Source of the DNA: Owenia fusiformis
Taxonomy: Eukaryota
Direction: 5' to 3'
NCBI GenBank assembly: GCA_903813345.2
Contig: CAIIXF020000001.1
Coordinates: 3,720,001-3,784,000 of the forward strand
DNA length: 64,000 nt
In this document: in pieces, positions 29,912-44,200 of the stretch
Numbering within the stretch: position 1 is the first letter of the stretch
How the letters are laid out: each line of letters begins with the position of its first letter
Translations under genes and position numbers: made by a program
Notes under the pieces: generated by a model
Told to the model about the DNA's origin: nothing
The model's input: only the letters and a program-made list of their open reading frames with translations
The model's database searches: none

Positions 29912-31670
29912 CCCTTTAACGGTTGGGGGAAGGGGGCAGATATTTTCGTAGTTTGTCTTTTGCTCTGAAACTTCATGACTTATCTTAAAATTGAACTAGA
30001 AAATGGCAACTCCACGGAGTAGCAAATCCCAACAAATAATATATAAATCATGAATCTGTAGTCACAATGAAATATTTACCATCTTCTCTTCCCTCCAATA
30101 AATATTTGAGATCATTGTAGTATCATGTAACCATACTTTAAAGACCTTCAAGATTTTTGAATTTTCTGAGGCTCAAATCAGAAAAACAATACTATATTTT
30201 GATCTACTCAGGAATTCCTTCAATTTGAGTATAATATAGCCATACTTTTGAGACATGAGAAAATAATTGCGAAATACCACATAAGGCAGCCATTTTGAAT
30301 GTTACGAGTCCAGAATCAGAAAAATGATACAATATTTGCAATCTTCTCTAAATTGCCTTTCATTTGAGTATAATAAAGCTATACTTCAAAAAGGTTTCTA
30401 GACAACTCATCCCAAGAGAAGTCATCCCAAGAAATCTCATCCCAAGACAACTCATCCCAAGACATCTCATCCCAAGACAACTCATCCCACTAGTATAATT
30501 TATAAATTATTTAATTAGTCCATTATATAATATATAATCCTTTTTCATTTTTGCGATTACAAAGTGACATTTGATTATACACTCAATCTTAATATTGATA
30601 ATTTTTAGCATTTTGAAATGGCACTTGAAAGTTATGTTCTACTTTTACGAACCGGTATTTTTTATTAATTCTGGGTTATTCTCAAATTCTCAATATATTT
30701 GAGAATATAGAATTGAAGATAAAAGTCAAATACATAATTTCCAAATTCAGTCATCATGATTCTGAAAGTTTAAAATTGGAAATCTTATTTAAGAATAAGC
30801 CAAATATGACATATTGGAATTAAGCAAAATATTTTAAAACAAAGACTGAATTAATCTGGGAGAATTATTCTGATAGTACCCCGGATAATACATTCTTATT
30901 GCATTAATCCTAATCTGACACCCTTGATGATATTTGATTTAATAATCAAAGTATATATCAATTTGAACACGTTTATCTTTATCCCAATCAATCAAAAAAC
31001 ATTAACTGAAACTAGAGTAAACTAACTACAAAATACAAAAGATATTCCATGGCCAAACACAGTGTGCTTACTGCTAAAATCTCTAAATATGTTTCAAATA
31101 TTCTTTCAAAAGTTGAAATTAATTGTATAAAATCATGTTATATTGCAAGTTGGGAAGAGTTGTCTTGGGGATGAGTTGTCTTGGGATGAGATGTCTTGGG
31201 ATGAGTTGTCTTGGGATGAGATGTCTTGGGATGAGATGTCTTGGGGATGACTTGTCTTGGGATGAGTTGTCTTAGGGATGATCGAGTTGTCCTGTTACCC
31301 TTCAAAAACATCTCAAAATGAACACGAATTCCTGTTTTCTCAACCCCCCATTCACGGCCCCTGGGGGTCAGGGTGAAAAACATGGGATTTATGTGAAATA
31401 GATAGATGTTTTGGCAAAAACATTGTGATTAATCCCCTTGGAGGAATGTTAGAGCTGATCAAAGTTACCGAAATACCCAAAGGGTCAGTAATTTTGACTT
31501 GAAACGATAAACCCCTATGTTCTTAGAAAATGAATTTCTTCATCAATATTGGCTCGATATAGTGATAAGTAAGCTCAAAATACTGGGAATTTAATAACCT
31601 TTCCAATGATACCTAATACAACCTCCTATAATTGTTCATTTCTGAGATCATAGGGGGCAGTGTTTAAGGA
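29912..31670. mobile_element. Possible piggyBac-type non-autonomous element hosting the MuDR-like insertion
   Basis: TTAA|CCCTTTAAC ... GTTTAAGGA|TTAA short imperfect ends; internal repeats of CCTTCA..TTGAGTATAATA..GC.ATACTT. Pairing of the two ends is uncertain. Confidence 0.35.
30393..31299. mobile_element. MuDR/foldback-like element with TIRs made of 15-bp tandem repeats
   Basis: (GACAACTCATCCCAA)n at 30401-30489, inverted at about 31150-31292; perfect 9-bp TSD CTTCAAAAA. Confidence 0.88.
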
Positions 31671-34242
31671 TTAACTTACGCTTGTACAAGCACTGTAGAT
31701 TGCTAATCTGGGTTATCTTGAAAACTTGAGGAAATCAAAATTTTTCTTTATCTTTGTATCATTTCTTCATACCACTCAGTGCTGCCATCTTTATATCAGT
31801 TTTCATAACTATAATACTTCAACAATAACCAACAAAAACATGAAATACCATAATATAATATCATTGTATTTATATGCAGTCTCAAATGAATGAATAAGTG
31901 GGTGAAGTTCAATCCAACTTTCACTTAATGAGCTATTTAAATACTTGACTGTAATGAAGTAAAACCATCAGAACCCATGTTTAATATAGATATATTGTTA
32001 TTGTACTCATATTGTCTTATATTTTAATCCAGTAACAGATCCTAAAAGTCACTTCCAATTTTATAGAGTAATCTATGCTATGTACTTTACACTCTAAAGC
32101 TATGAAATAAGCATACAAACATACATCATTTTGAAAAATAAATATTTTGCGTACAACTACGTACAATGGAGACTTTAAGCTAGCAATGTGTTTCACAATG
32201 TAACAGTGAATGCATAGTCAATAAATCAATAAAGTAATGTGTATAGCGCGCAAACACAACAAGCGCTACTTAGTCTACTTCAGATACCCGACCAGCTTTA
32301 TGTTTAGAATTGGAGATTTGCAATTTTATGTTTGTGTCAACGGGAATTATTATACTCATGTCTATTGAATACTATGCTGGAAATTTTGATTTAATAATGC
32401 TTTCTGAAGAAAATGTTGTATGTCATACATGTTTTAGCTCCAAATATCTTAAGAAACGAGCTTATTTAAAATATGTATCATAGAAAACCAGCTGTATAAC
32501 CATTATTGGCATATTACATGATGATGTGTAAGTCTAAGTAACGGAATAAGTAAACAGTGTAACTGAACAATTATTTATGTGAGAAAACTACATGCTTTTG
32601 TATAAGGCAATTTATACGTACAGGTTGACGTTTCGACTTTATATGCCTTGCTTAAAGTCTCCTGTTATACATCTTTCCACCAAATATGAATAATTAGTAC
32701 ATTTATTTGAGTTATGCTCTGTATGAACAAATGGACAGACTGACAGATGGATGGACTAAGGCTTCACTATATCCCTATTTTATTTGTTGATTGCACAATA
32801 CCCTGAAACTAAACGTAGTAAACCCAATGGAATGTTTAGAGAATATTAAGCATTTATCTCTTCATCTACAGTTGGCATTTCTCTGTATTGCATTATATTG
32901 CATTATATTGCCTTCACCTTAATTCTCTAAGATATTGCCAAATTGACTATCCTTCACTCTTTACAAAATTGTATATTAAAAGCTGAGCACTTCACTAGCA
33001 CATTTGGCATATTTGAATCTAGTCTAATCCCATAACCGAGTAAAAAATGTCTAAAGGTATATACTACTTGTTACATTTAGAAAAATACAAACATACTGGA
33101 TTCTCTACATAATGTCTGTACAAAATTATTTAGCCTCTGTACTCCAATAAGGCATAAAATTGTAAACTGCATACATAATTCACCAAATGGACATTGTACA
33201 ACAAATGTGGCTTTCTCCATTGGTGGAATCTTTGATAAAATATACATGTAGTGTTTAATATCATTATCAATTTGAGATATTTCTGAATTTCTGTCAGTGA
33301 TACAATTTAATAATGGATTTTAATTCTCCATTTAGTGGTTCGCTCTTGAATCTAGAATGTACGAAAATATGAACTTAAAAAGGCCTCCAAAAAGGACAAA
33401 ATTTGATTGGTCGATATTGTCTCATGATGCATTTTTGCGTAGCTATTTGCGTGACCCGAAAGTACAATCAATAAAAGGTTGTATACAGTAATGATGAACA
33501 CTATTCTGGAAAGAGTGCTCTAGATTTGCTTGCGGATATTGCACCAATTGACCTATATAATAGCAACACGTCTTCTTTGGTCAACTGCTCAGTCGTTTGT
33601 TGGTTTTCAAAGTAACTCTATAATGTAATTTGAAGATGAGTACTATTATTCAATTGTTGCATTGATATTGCGGTTTGTAGTGTGTATAGGATGGAATGAA
33701 AGGGTGGAAAGTCGAACGAAATTATTTTTTCCAATATGGCGACTAGTCAACCGATCACATGAGCTTCTCTATCAGAAAATATTCCCTCTCTTCACACATA
33801 GTTTCCTCAACGATGTGAAACCTCATGTAATAGTTTGTCCATATAAGGGAAAACTTCTGTGTCTCCTCGATTGAAGAGCAAATCGCGAATGGGAGAATTG
33901 TGAATTAAGACATACTGTAGGTAGATAGCAAGAATTTAGAAAGATTGCACCTAAAGAACTTTTTTTGTAATCTAGAGCTTGCATTTCTAGTCACTCTGGA
34001 TATTTCAATATTTTCAAAAAGGTTCATATTTATCTTTGTGAATAAAGGGCTATCCAACTGGGGCTATCACTAAACTTTTAATCTTGCAAATGTCACTCAG
34101 TTCATTCGTAGAAATCATAATTTTAATTTAGAGAAACTGGGAGGAGTGGACATTGTATTTGTCTATAAACTGACAAGTCCATAACCATCCTAGTCTGAAG
34201 TATGCAGTAAAGGTATTATTCCCAATCAATAGGTTTGTTTCC

Positions 34243-37200
34243 TCAACTGTCTTTGTATTCATCACTACGGCAACAGTATAGCACCATCTGTCCAATGGCA
34301 ATCATCATCAGAAGACAAGTTCCTGGAATGAATCATTTAATCCATATGTACATTTGCGAACAGTATAAGCTATTCAATACTTTAGATAAATTACAAAAAA
34401 ATAATGAGCTCAAGAAAGGTTGTTCATCTTTCGAGAGCATATAACATGTTCTGTGTTTTATGAGACATCATTGAATAATGTTATCTATTCAATGATATTT
34501 GGGATATATGGTATTTAAAAAATGATTATTCTGGGGTAGTCACTAAAATTTCCCACTAATTGCTCAGTATTATACTAATGCTAACAACTTCCAGGATCGA
34601 TCATATACTAGCTTACCCAAACACAGCCACCAGGACCAACTCAAAGGGAATGACAGCATTACTAAAATAAAACAACAGCAATGATATTTCTTTGATAATA
34701 AACTAAATCCTTGGGTTTGGGGGAAAAGGGGCTTGAACAGGGTGCACCCCAGTTGTCCGAAACCCAGTTGTCCGAAACCCAGTTGTCCGAAACCCAGTTG
34801 TCCGAAACCCAGTTGTCCGAAACCCAATTGTCCGAAACCCATTACTCCGAAAAATATAGTCATAATTTACTAGAGAAAGGGGAGACGTACTTAAGGCCAG
34901 TTTCATGCCATGTATTTGGCCAAATTAATGGCATAGACGCATTCTGATGTTCATAGATGTCTCTCTCTCACTTTGAATTGCATCCATTGCACGCATTACC
35001 AGACTGGCAGGAACGGGGGATTTATTTTACATTGTGATTCTAAAAAAAAGGTTATCAAAATACAATATATATTAAGGAACAGTTTATCTTATCTTCTTCA
35101 ATCTCTTTTATATAGGCAAAATAAAATGAATCATTTTGAAACAGATAAAATAAGTTTACGCATATAGTACTTTAAGAATAAAACAGTATACATATTACGT
35201 TGTCAAAATATTTCGTCGCATTTAATTTCTTAGTCTCTGTATTTTATCAAATCGTAAAAGAACAAAACATTCTTAACTTAATCACTTGGGATCAACTGGA
35301 AACTAAGGCAGGCTGTCCTCGTATCAAAATGGATGTTCTCCCATTCGCAAGAAGTTTCATTTTCGCCATGTACTCACTTCATCCTTTTAATTTAATCTCT
35401 ATTTCTCGAACAGAGTACATGAGTGAAGAATAAGTTTTGGTTTCAAAATATGTACATGTCAACTCTACTAAATAAATGCGCACTGGTTCGGGAAAGCTAT
35501 TTTTCCTTTCATGAACGCCCATCACCCATTGGAAAATGTTGTTCCCTCTCAAAAAAGGCCCATGGGCCATAAAGATAATTGGTTTAAAAATTGTAGACCC
35601 CTATTGTATGTTGTGTAAACGCCATTTTACAATGGGAATAACATAATTTAACTTTGTTTGTTTGAACATCTATATCACCTGTATATGAACTTTCGTAGGC
35701 TAAACATTAAACAATTAACGTCTTGACTTAGCATATTTAGCCTAATTTTGCAATGATGTCAACGTTATTCCAATGTTATGTTGTGATTCGCAGAGGTTGC
35801 GACAACGAGATTCGTTTAAAAAAATTGTATTTTTCAAATAAGATCCCCCTAATTTTCAGAGAACTGGGTTTCGGACAACTGGGTTTCGGAAAACTGGGTT
35901 TCGGACAACTGGGTTTCGGACAACTGGGTTGACCCCCTTGAACAATATGTTAGTACCTTCCATTCAGAGCTAAATATACAGTATATCATTGAAATTTTTA
36001 GGTTTCAAAGTTTACATTTCCAAATATATGTTTCAAAATCCATTAAAATTCATTTGTCTATTTCTTGACTTTCTTAAACTTACCTTAAATATTTCAGTAT
36101 TCCTGTCTAGATAGTAGTATGCAATTATGTGATGGATACAATGTCTTGCCCTCCCCAAAACAATTTACTATGGTAATTATAAGTTTGAATCAATCAAATG
36201 AGATAAACAAAAAATTTCTGGAATAATGCTGAGATTCTTAAAAATTCAAGAGATATTAAAACCTATTTGCACCTGGATACATGAGTATTGCATCCACTAG
36301 GAAAATCATGGGGAGAACACTGGTTATATATAAATAGAAGTGATGACATAACTTACCCAGGCAAGATGCAATGATATGGAAGAAAGTAACTGTGATGGCA
36401 TAGTCCCAGAGCCTGCTGGGGAGGAACACCACATAGAACAGGGTTGAGAAGAAATAGGCACTAAACATGGAGATGAGATTAGCTGAAACATACAAAATAA
36501 CATTTCATGACTGTGATGTAAAAAATTTGACATGCAAATTCTCTGATTAATTTTATCTCTGAATGATCTAATCTTTCACAAGCATTCCTGAGTCTTAAAG
36601 GGTTTAAACCCAGAATATTTTTCTAACCCAAACATTGACTCAGCTAATAAGAATTAAACATGTGAGTAGACTCAAAACTTGACAAGTTACCCCACCCAGT
36701 AATCAAAAAGTAGATATATTGTAATTAAATACATACCTAACTGCTGGGAAGAGTAGCTTGTACAACATAATGTAAAATCTATCCATGATTTAAAGTCAAA
36801 TGGAATTTTTCCATCAAAAATCTCCAATCTGAAAAGATAACATACATAATCACACCTGTAAAAATGACAAAATGCATGGAGGACCATAACAATTTTTTGA
36901 GAAAGTTAAAGAAATCTATAAGATTTTTCTTCATGAGAAAGTTTACAACCAATCACTAATGAATAAGTCCTAGGTTTGGTAAAATATGTGAGTGTTTGAA
37001 CCATGATGATGATCTGGTTATTCATGATATATACCAACCTGAAGGCACCAAAACATATACTTCCAGCTATGTAGTAGATACAGTAGAATGTGAAGAGGCA
37101 CTTTAATAAATTCACCACAATGTCCTGCAATGTAAAGTAAAATGTGAACAGATAAAAGCGAAGAATATAAATTTAGATAAAAGTCATTACAAAGGTTGTT

Positions 37201-37371
37201 TGTCTTAGCAGTTTTTCTAGTTCCTTAATCAGACAACACCTATTCCAAAATATTACTACCAGATTGTTATTTTTGCTAATTTTTATTTGTAAATGTTCTA
37301 TATACTGTACATGTATAATTGACATTTATTTAAAAAGTGACAGAGTGTTTGACACATACCAAATGTAGCAT
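34243..37371 (-). CDS. TMEM244: TMEM244-like (Sys1-related) small multi-pass membrane protein, 146 aa
   Basis: Exons 37371-37360, 37124-37039, 36828-36737, 36482-36357, 34661-34617 and 34322-34243 (441 nt) give MLHLDIVVNLLKCLFTFYCIYY...FDGKIPFDFK...LWDYAITVTFFHI...VMLSFPLSWSWWLCLG...EYKDS*. PFDFK, WDYA.T...H and FP...WW match TMEM244 as recalled. The start codon is the least certain part. Confidence 0.8.
34740..35935. mobile_element. MuDR/foldback-like element with 15-bp tandem-repeat TIRs in a TMEM244 intron
   Basis: (CCAGTTGTCCGAAAC)n at about 34749-34850, inverted at about 35862-35930; TSD GCTTGAACA/CCTTGAACA (8/9). Confidence 0.88.
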
Positions 37372-37979
37372 TCATTTGATATATGGTCTGCTGATGGTGA
37401 TATTGGGTGAACATTCTGGAATATTTTGAATGTAAAATCAAAGAGATTTACATCAGATCTATGTTCCTTATTTTCAAAGGTTACATTGTAAGTAGTAAGC
37501 TTCTATATAAAGTCGTTATTATATATACATAATCTTACTATTACATTGTACTTTTCCTAGGCCTATAGTACCTGTACATTGTATAACTGAATAGACACAA
37601 TTTCTCTCAAATGGTATTTCATGTTCTTCCTGATATAGCCCATGATTAGATCTACTTACAAGAGAAGTGATGTCTTTCATTGTTCATCATTCTTTCATTT
37701 TAGTTGTTTAGCTCAATTACATCATTCGTATTATTTATGTATTACAGCCGGGTAGCAGTAGTCAGGTTCACTAGACGGAAGGTCAGGAATGTAAAATCTT
37801 CACTCATCAAATCTATTTGATGTGGACTTCCGGATCTTTTCAATCTAAAGATATTTTATGTTTTCTCTAATAACTACTGCATTATTCCATCGTGTAACCT
37901 GAAACAAAGCAATATGGAACAAAACTTGTTTTGAATATGTAATATAAATCATGTATATATTTCATACAGCTGCACCTAT

Positions 37980-38257
37980 GGCCACATTATGTTGATTTTA
38001 CCATTTTGAAATGTATTCCCGCCATCTTGGTGACCTAGTTCTAAATAGTGCGAAAAAGATTAATCCGCCTATGCATGTACCATGATTTTAAATGCAGCTG
38101 GACGAGCGTCATTTAATTTTTTCAGTGAAATCTTCATTTCATACCTTTGTTTGTCTTATACCATGAAACAATTCATCAGAAAAATATAAATATTGCCGTT
38201 GTTTGCCTCAATTTTTCACGTCGCCAACTTTTGTAAATTTTTTTTAACAAAGTCAAA
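37980..38257. promoter_or_regulatory. Probable bidirectional promoter TMEM244/ATAD2
   Basis: Divergent start codons 887 bp apart; YY1-like CCGCCATCTTGG at 38019-38030; local CpG enrichment. Confidence 0.55.
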
Positions 38258-41200
38258 ATGGTCAAAACGCGGCACAGTATAGGCATAGACGAGGAAGCGG
38301 TTTCTGCTTTTGACACAATTGGTAGTCGGAGTAGTCGTAGAAGGGCCAAAACTGACCGAGACATCAATGTAAGTATTGAAATAACCACTCAAACTGAAAA
38401 TTTTCATTGTGTAAATTGGCGCCCATTTTTATTTTTCAAAACAATTACCCGAGGACCGCTTTTAACTCCACCGTAGCACATGAAACAGCATTAGCATCTA
38501 ATATTCTTGTACGAGCTCCAAGTGATATTACATTTTCAATATTCTGGGACACCCCTTTTCCTTATATGGTGCCAACATAATTAGCCAATCGACAAGGCCA
38601 ACAAATCTCTGTCATTGAGTAAACATGTATTTCAAGTACATGTATTTAGACTATCAAACGTTGTCTCACCACTAGTTTAATAACATGAGTTGATTTTAGA
38701 AATCGAATCCAAGAAGCCTGTATTTCTTGGTGATAAATTTCAAGTACATGTTATTATTTAGGAGTATGTAAGTGATGCAAGTGGGCCGATTGAAGAAAAT
38801 CCACCCTTGAGGTCCATGCGGAGGAGAGCCCAACAGTCACATGTGAAGGAAGAACATGTGCATAATGCGAGTCCTGGCAGTGTCAAAGTCGAAACAAGGA
38901 GGATAACCAGGTAGGAATATCAACTGCTCTCATTGAAGAATGGAGATTCAAGACTTTTAAATGGTGAACTAAGTTGGTAAAACTGCTGAATCAGCAAAAT
39001 CATTTCCTAAACAGTGGATGAAATTTAGAATTATACCATAATTATGGATCTTTGAGTAAAAATAAAAGCCTGTATTATACTCTCTGTGCCCGTTTAAAAA
39101 AAATCTGCTGAGTAATTAATCATATTTATACCATAGATATTACATGTATGTCAAAAATGGTTAATTTGATCTGTGACCTCAATATGTGCCATTATGCAGT
39201 TGTTGTTAGGTTTATGCAACCTCACATGCAGGTACTTTATTCATTCTTATAGGAGATCAAAGGGAGTTGAGGAGCCTGTGTGTTTGGATGACGCTGAAGA
39301 ATATGTAGATGGTAAGTCAGTTACACAACTAAAGGTTTATTCCTAGTAAAGTTATCTAGGAGTCCTAGGGTTATTTTTACATTTTACACTCACAGTTTTC
39401 ATTTTGAATTATTTGGTTTGAATTTGCCAATTTGTCTTGCAATAATTTCAAATTCCCTCTATATTACTCAAAATATATTGTAGAAAATTGAAATATCATG
39501 CCTCTGTAATTTCTAAATCTAGTGAGTAATGGCCAAAATAGTGGTAGATAGCACATTGCAATTTTATCTAAATTCCTGTAAAAAGATTTTTACTGATTTT
39601 TTTTAAAAATTATGTTATTCAGAGGAGGTTGTCCTATCTCCACAAAGAAAACGAGTCAAGAGACGACGTTCCTCCAACGAACGTCACGATTCATACATCC
39701 GGCGTAGTGGGAGGCAAAGGAAGCTCCAGTATGAATCATTCAACACCACATTGATAGAACATCAGCAGATGGTAACTGGTATAAATTCAAGAACAGACTC
39801 CCCAAGGAAACTTAAGAGACGTTTAGAAGATGAAGCTGAACAAGGTGAAGGAGAGGAGGAAGAAGAAGAGGTAAAAACATATTCTTAAGTATTAAGGGTT
39901 GATCTTTAGTTACATTTCTTTGTACATGAAGTATGAGTCACATATATGATTTGTATAGCTGGGAATTATGTGAACTTAGCAATGTTTATGTGTATGAAAT
40001 AATTTTATACAAGATTCTGAACTGATTTTAGTTGTCTGGGTTCTTTGTAGTTTTGTATCTTCTGAGGGATTATTTTTCCTCCGAAAAAATCTGAAAATAC
40101 AAGTACATTGCTGTCAAGGAAACACTTTGTAAATACTTTTCAGAAACAATTTTGAAAAACTTAACACCTATAAATCACCTTTAATAAGTTCATACAACAC
40201 CTATAAATCACCTTTAATAAGTTCATACTCCTGCTTTTAACAAACAAAAAAATAAAGTATTTAAAAGTACATGTTTTGAAAACACATATTCCATAAATGG
40301 TCCTTTTTCTACTCAAATGTTGCACTTTCACAAAAGTCATGGTTGGTTGGTCTCCATTTTATTTTACCTCCAATGTTTGATTTTGCAGAAAGAGCCATCT
40401 ATGTACACAAGGGTAAAGAGAGTCAGGAAGCAAGTGAAGCGAGACATGTATGGTGTGCCTATAACTGAGAACTCCACAGAGGAAGATAGTGATGACAGTG
40501 AAACAGAAGGTAAATCTTCAACTGTATTATTACATTTTTAGTACATTTTTCAAAAAATGATAAGTAGAAATTAGATGATACGTATGCATTCAAAGCTACA
40601 TTGCCAGATTAAAATCATATTTTGGAATTAAAAATAAAAGATATTGTAATTTTTGAGACTGTTTACATTTTTATAGCACAATTGAGCTATATTGTAATCA
40701 GTTTATTCCTTTATTTAACGAATGAACAAATCCAAATGCTACTATTTGGAATGTGTATTATATTTCAGAGTCAAGCTCTTCAAGTGAGGAGGAAGAAGAA
40801 CAAGACCAAGGCAAGAAATACAACTTGCGGGAAAGTAGACAAAAAACACAACATTTTGAAATACCAATAGGTGAGTCTCTTATCTTGAAAGTAAAAACAG
40901 TACTGAAATGAACTTAGTCCAAACATAATGTTGACCTTTGTATTGTAAATGTATTTTTTAATTATCCCACAAAATGAAGTTTGGGAGGGATTAGAGGAGC
41001 TGTCGAGTGGTTTGCCTGTCCATCTGTTCTTTCATCTCTCTTGGGTTCAAATTTCATGTATTAATACCTTGGGAACAGAGGACTTTCAAGAAATTTTTTT
41101 CAAGGCAGCCTCAGATTTATAGGCTAATGTGTTATCGCAATAAAACTTCTACTTAAGATTGAATTTCCAATATGGCTGCTCATTCCAAAATGGCTGTCAT

Positions 41201-44200
41201 TTTTGTAATAAAATATAATGTTTGGTAAATCAAGTACCTGCTGTCAGATTTGATTAGATTTTACGTGCTGATGCCTTTTGGACAAAGGGCTAAGAAGGAT
41301 TTTTCAAGGTGGCTTTTAAATAGGGGTGAGACGACAACCCGATGAGTCGAGGACTCGCGGGTTTGGGGCTTCGAGTCGAGTCGAATCGAGTCGAAGTTGA
41401 TGAATCGAATCATTTTCGAGTTGAGAAAAAAATTCGAAAAAATAAAAAATTCAGAAAAATACTGTCAATATGCATGTTTTTACTCGATATTGCGTTGAAT
41501 ATATAAGTTTCAATGACTTGGATATGCTTGTATTAAATTATTATATTATATGTACACATAAATGAAAGAATATATGTAATAAAATCAGAATAAACTTACG
41601 ACAAATTGTGTTTGTTTATATTTCCGGCTTTCCACCATTGACGCATTAAAAATACGAACGGTCAAAAGCGATGTTGTTCGCACTTCGCGCGACTCGAAAC
41701 GGATTCGAAACTCGAATCGTCATTTTCTGACTCGAATCGGATTCGACTCGAATCGGATTTTTTCGACTCGTCTCACCCCTACTTTTAAATAAGTAATGGT
41801 CACATTTTTTAGAATGAATATAATTTCTGATTATTCTAAGTATTGATTTTGGTCCAAAACTGATGCCTTATGGGCATAGGAGCTCTCCCCTAGAACGTAT
41901 TTGTAATATTGTCAAATCACTTCATGGATGTAGATTTTGCCAAAAGGAGACAATACTTTTGTCTGGATATTTCTATCATAATGTTCAAAATGACTAGTGA
42001 TTTGAATAAAATGTTTCATCAGGTGGGATTTGCTACTCACTGGTGTTACTACAAGTATTTTTATTCTAGTTAATGTTTCTTCTTTGTGTAGAACCCCAAA
42101 GGCCAAGGATGCGTTCCAACACAATATTTGGTAGGTCCTCCACACCCCCACTGAGGAGACGCAGAACACAGCAGATAGCTCACCAGTCTCCCGCTCTCAG
42201 GAGCCCTTTCAAAAGAAGGTATTTCTTTTACTCTTTTTCCAGAAATGTCACAAGAGATAACCTATACCATTGACTATGGAACATTGTGAAGGATTTATCT
42301 AAGGATAAATGCTGTTTTGGTGGGAATTTTTATAAAATCACTGGAACTCTAGACAGCCACAAGTTACCTTTTGTATGGATGTATGTATCATTTATTTGCA
42401 TCTAAAATAAGACAGTTACAACAGTTTGCTTCACTTATCAAAGGGATATATAATAATATAATTAGGGAACAAGATCAAGATCCAAACATTGACCACCTAT
42501 TATATGCTATCCAATTAAAACTGCTGGTTGCCAAACTTATGGAGGAGAGTGGATTATTATATATTCAAGGTTAAGTAAATTAATTTAAAAATTGATTTCT
42601 ATATAGGAAGAAGAAACGTACAACATTCCACTCTCATGGCAGTGATTCTACTAGCAGTTCAAGCTCCAGTTCTAGCCCAGGAAATTCCAGTGATGATGAG
42701 AGGCGATTTGAGAAGAGAAAATCCAAGAGTATGGCAAAATCTAGACAGAGGTGAGCATGGTTAAATATTCAGACTTTGCCTGTTTTATCTGAGAGCCTGG
42801 TTATAAAGTTTTACCCATTTAAAGAAATATTTTGAACATTTATTTTGATTGAAATTTGAAACTGTGTAATGGAATATTTGTAGGTGCTTGCCTATGAACT
42901 TTGACAAAGATGACCTGACGCAGACAACACTAAGAGACAGAGCAAAGATTGGGGCCAGTATGGCGGACATTGACCCAATGAACGTAGATAGATCAGTAAG
43001 TAAAACATTGGTTATGGGTTAATATCACATGTTATTGTCCAAACAAAAAAGTTCAGTAGGTATAGTAAAGCCCTCCATTCATCCCTCAGTCTTCCCATCT
43101 GTATATATCACAAGATGCCCAGAAAATAAAATTCAAATACTCAAGACAAATTTTTCATCATATATATGATGGAGTGATGTTTGTTGATTAAAAGTTTTAC
43201 CCTTTTATTCCCTATCATGGGGGATGAAAATATTTTCTAACATTAAGTGATTTTTAGGCTTTTATGCATAACTATCTGAGCCACAGAAAAGTGTATTTGA
43301 TATATAAAACATTTAGTGTATTCATTGGTCATTTGATGTAATATACTTCATATTAAAATTTCTTTTTCCAGGTTGATTTTGCTTCAGTTGGTGGATTAGG
43401 GAAGCACATCAGATCATTGAAGGAGATGATAGTCTTCCCCCTGCTTTACCCTGAGGTGTTTGAGAGATTCAAGATTGCCCCTCCCAGAGGAGTTCTCTTT
43501 TATGGCCCTCCAGGTGAGAAATAATAAGACTTATAAATTATACAATAATGAGACCTTATTAATCATACAATAATCAGATCCCCTTCTACAATTATGCCAT
43601 AAAATTGAACTAACTGATGGAATTTTGATTTAGGTACTGGTAAAACTTTGGTGGCCCGAGCATTGGCCAATGAATGTAGCACTGGAAATCGTAAAGTTGC
43701 ATTCTTCATGCGTAAGGGAGCTGATTGCCTCAGTAAATGGGTCGGAGAATCTGAACGCCAGCTGAGACTGCTTTTTGACCAGGTATTTTTTCTTGAAGCT
43801 GTTTTTATCAAATCTTTTGTTCTACAGAAACATTTATCAAGAGATGTTTTTGTTATTCAAACAAACATCAAATTATTTGATTATGAAACCAACTTTTATT
43901 CAATTATCAACCATCAAATATTTTGGCCTGATTCCTGAGCTAGGATAATATTTTTGATAATATTAAATTTTAATTAATTTTGGTACATCTCTTACCTAAC
44001 TACATGTATTCTTCAATTTATAGTAATTAGAATATAATTAAAATACAGAATGTTTACATCAAAATTAATTTTTGGTTTAGATTAAAAATTGATTTATTTA
44101 CTTTTGGCAACTCATTTAATGGCACACCCTGTTCTTCAGTCCCACAGAATCTATCATAGAATAAAGTTTATTCAATTTTATTCAATAAACCCAAAATTCA

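Noticed and set aside
31138-31383. ORF with TSHPK repeats
   Set aside because: Translation of the 15-bp array in the MuDR-like TIR.
34570-34947. ORFs with GFGQL, SETQL or GFRTT repeats
   Set aside because: Translations of the 15-bp TIR array of a transposon; only 34661-34617 is a real TMEM244 exon.
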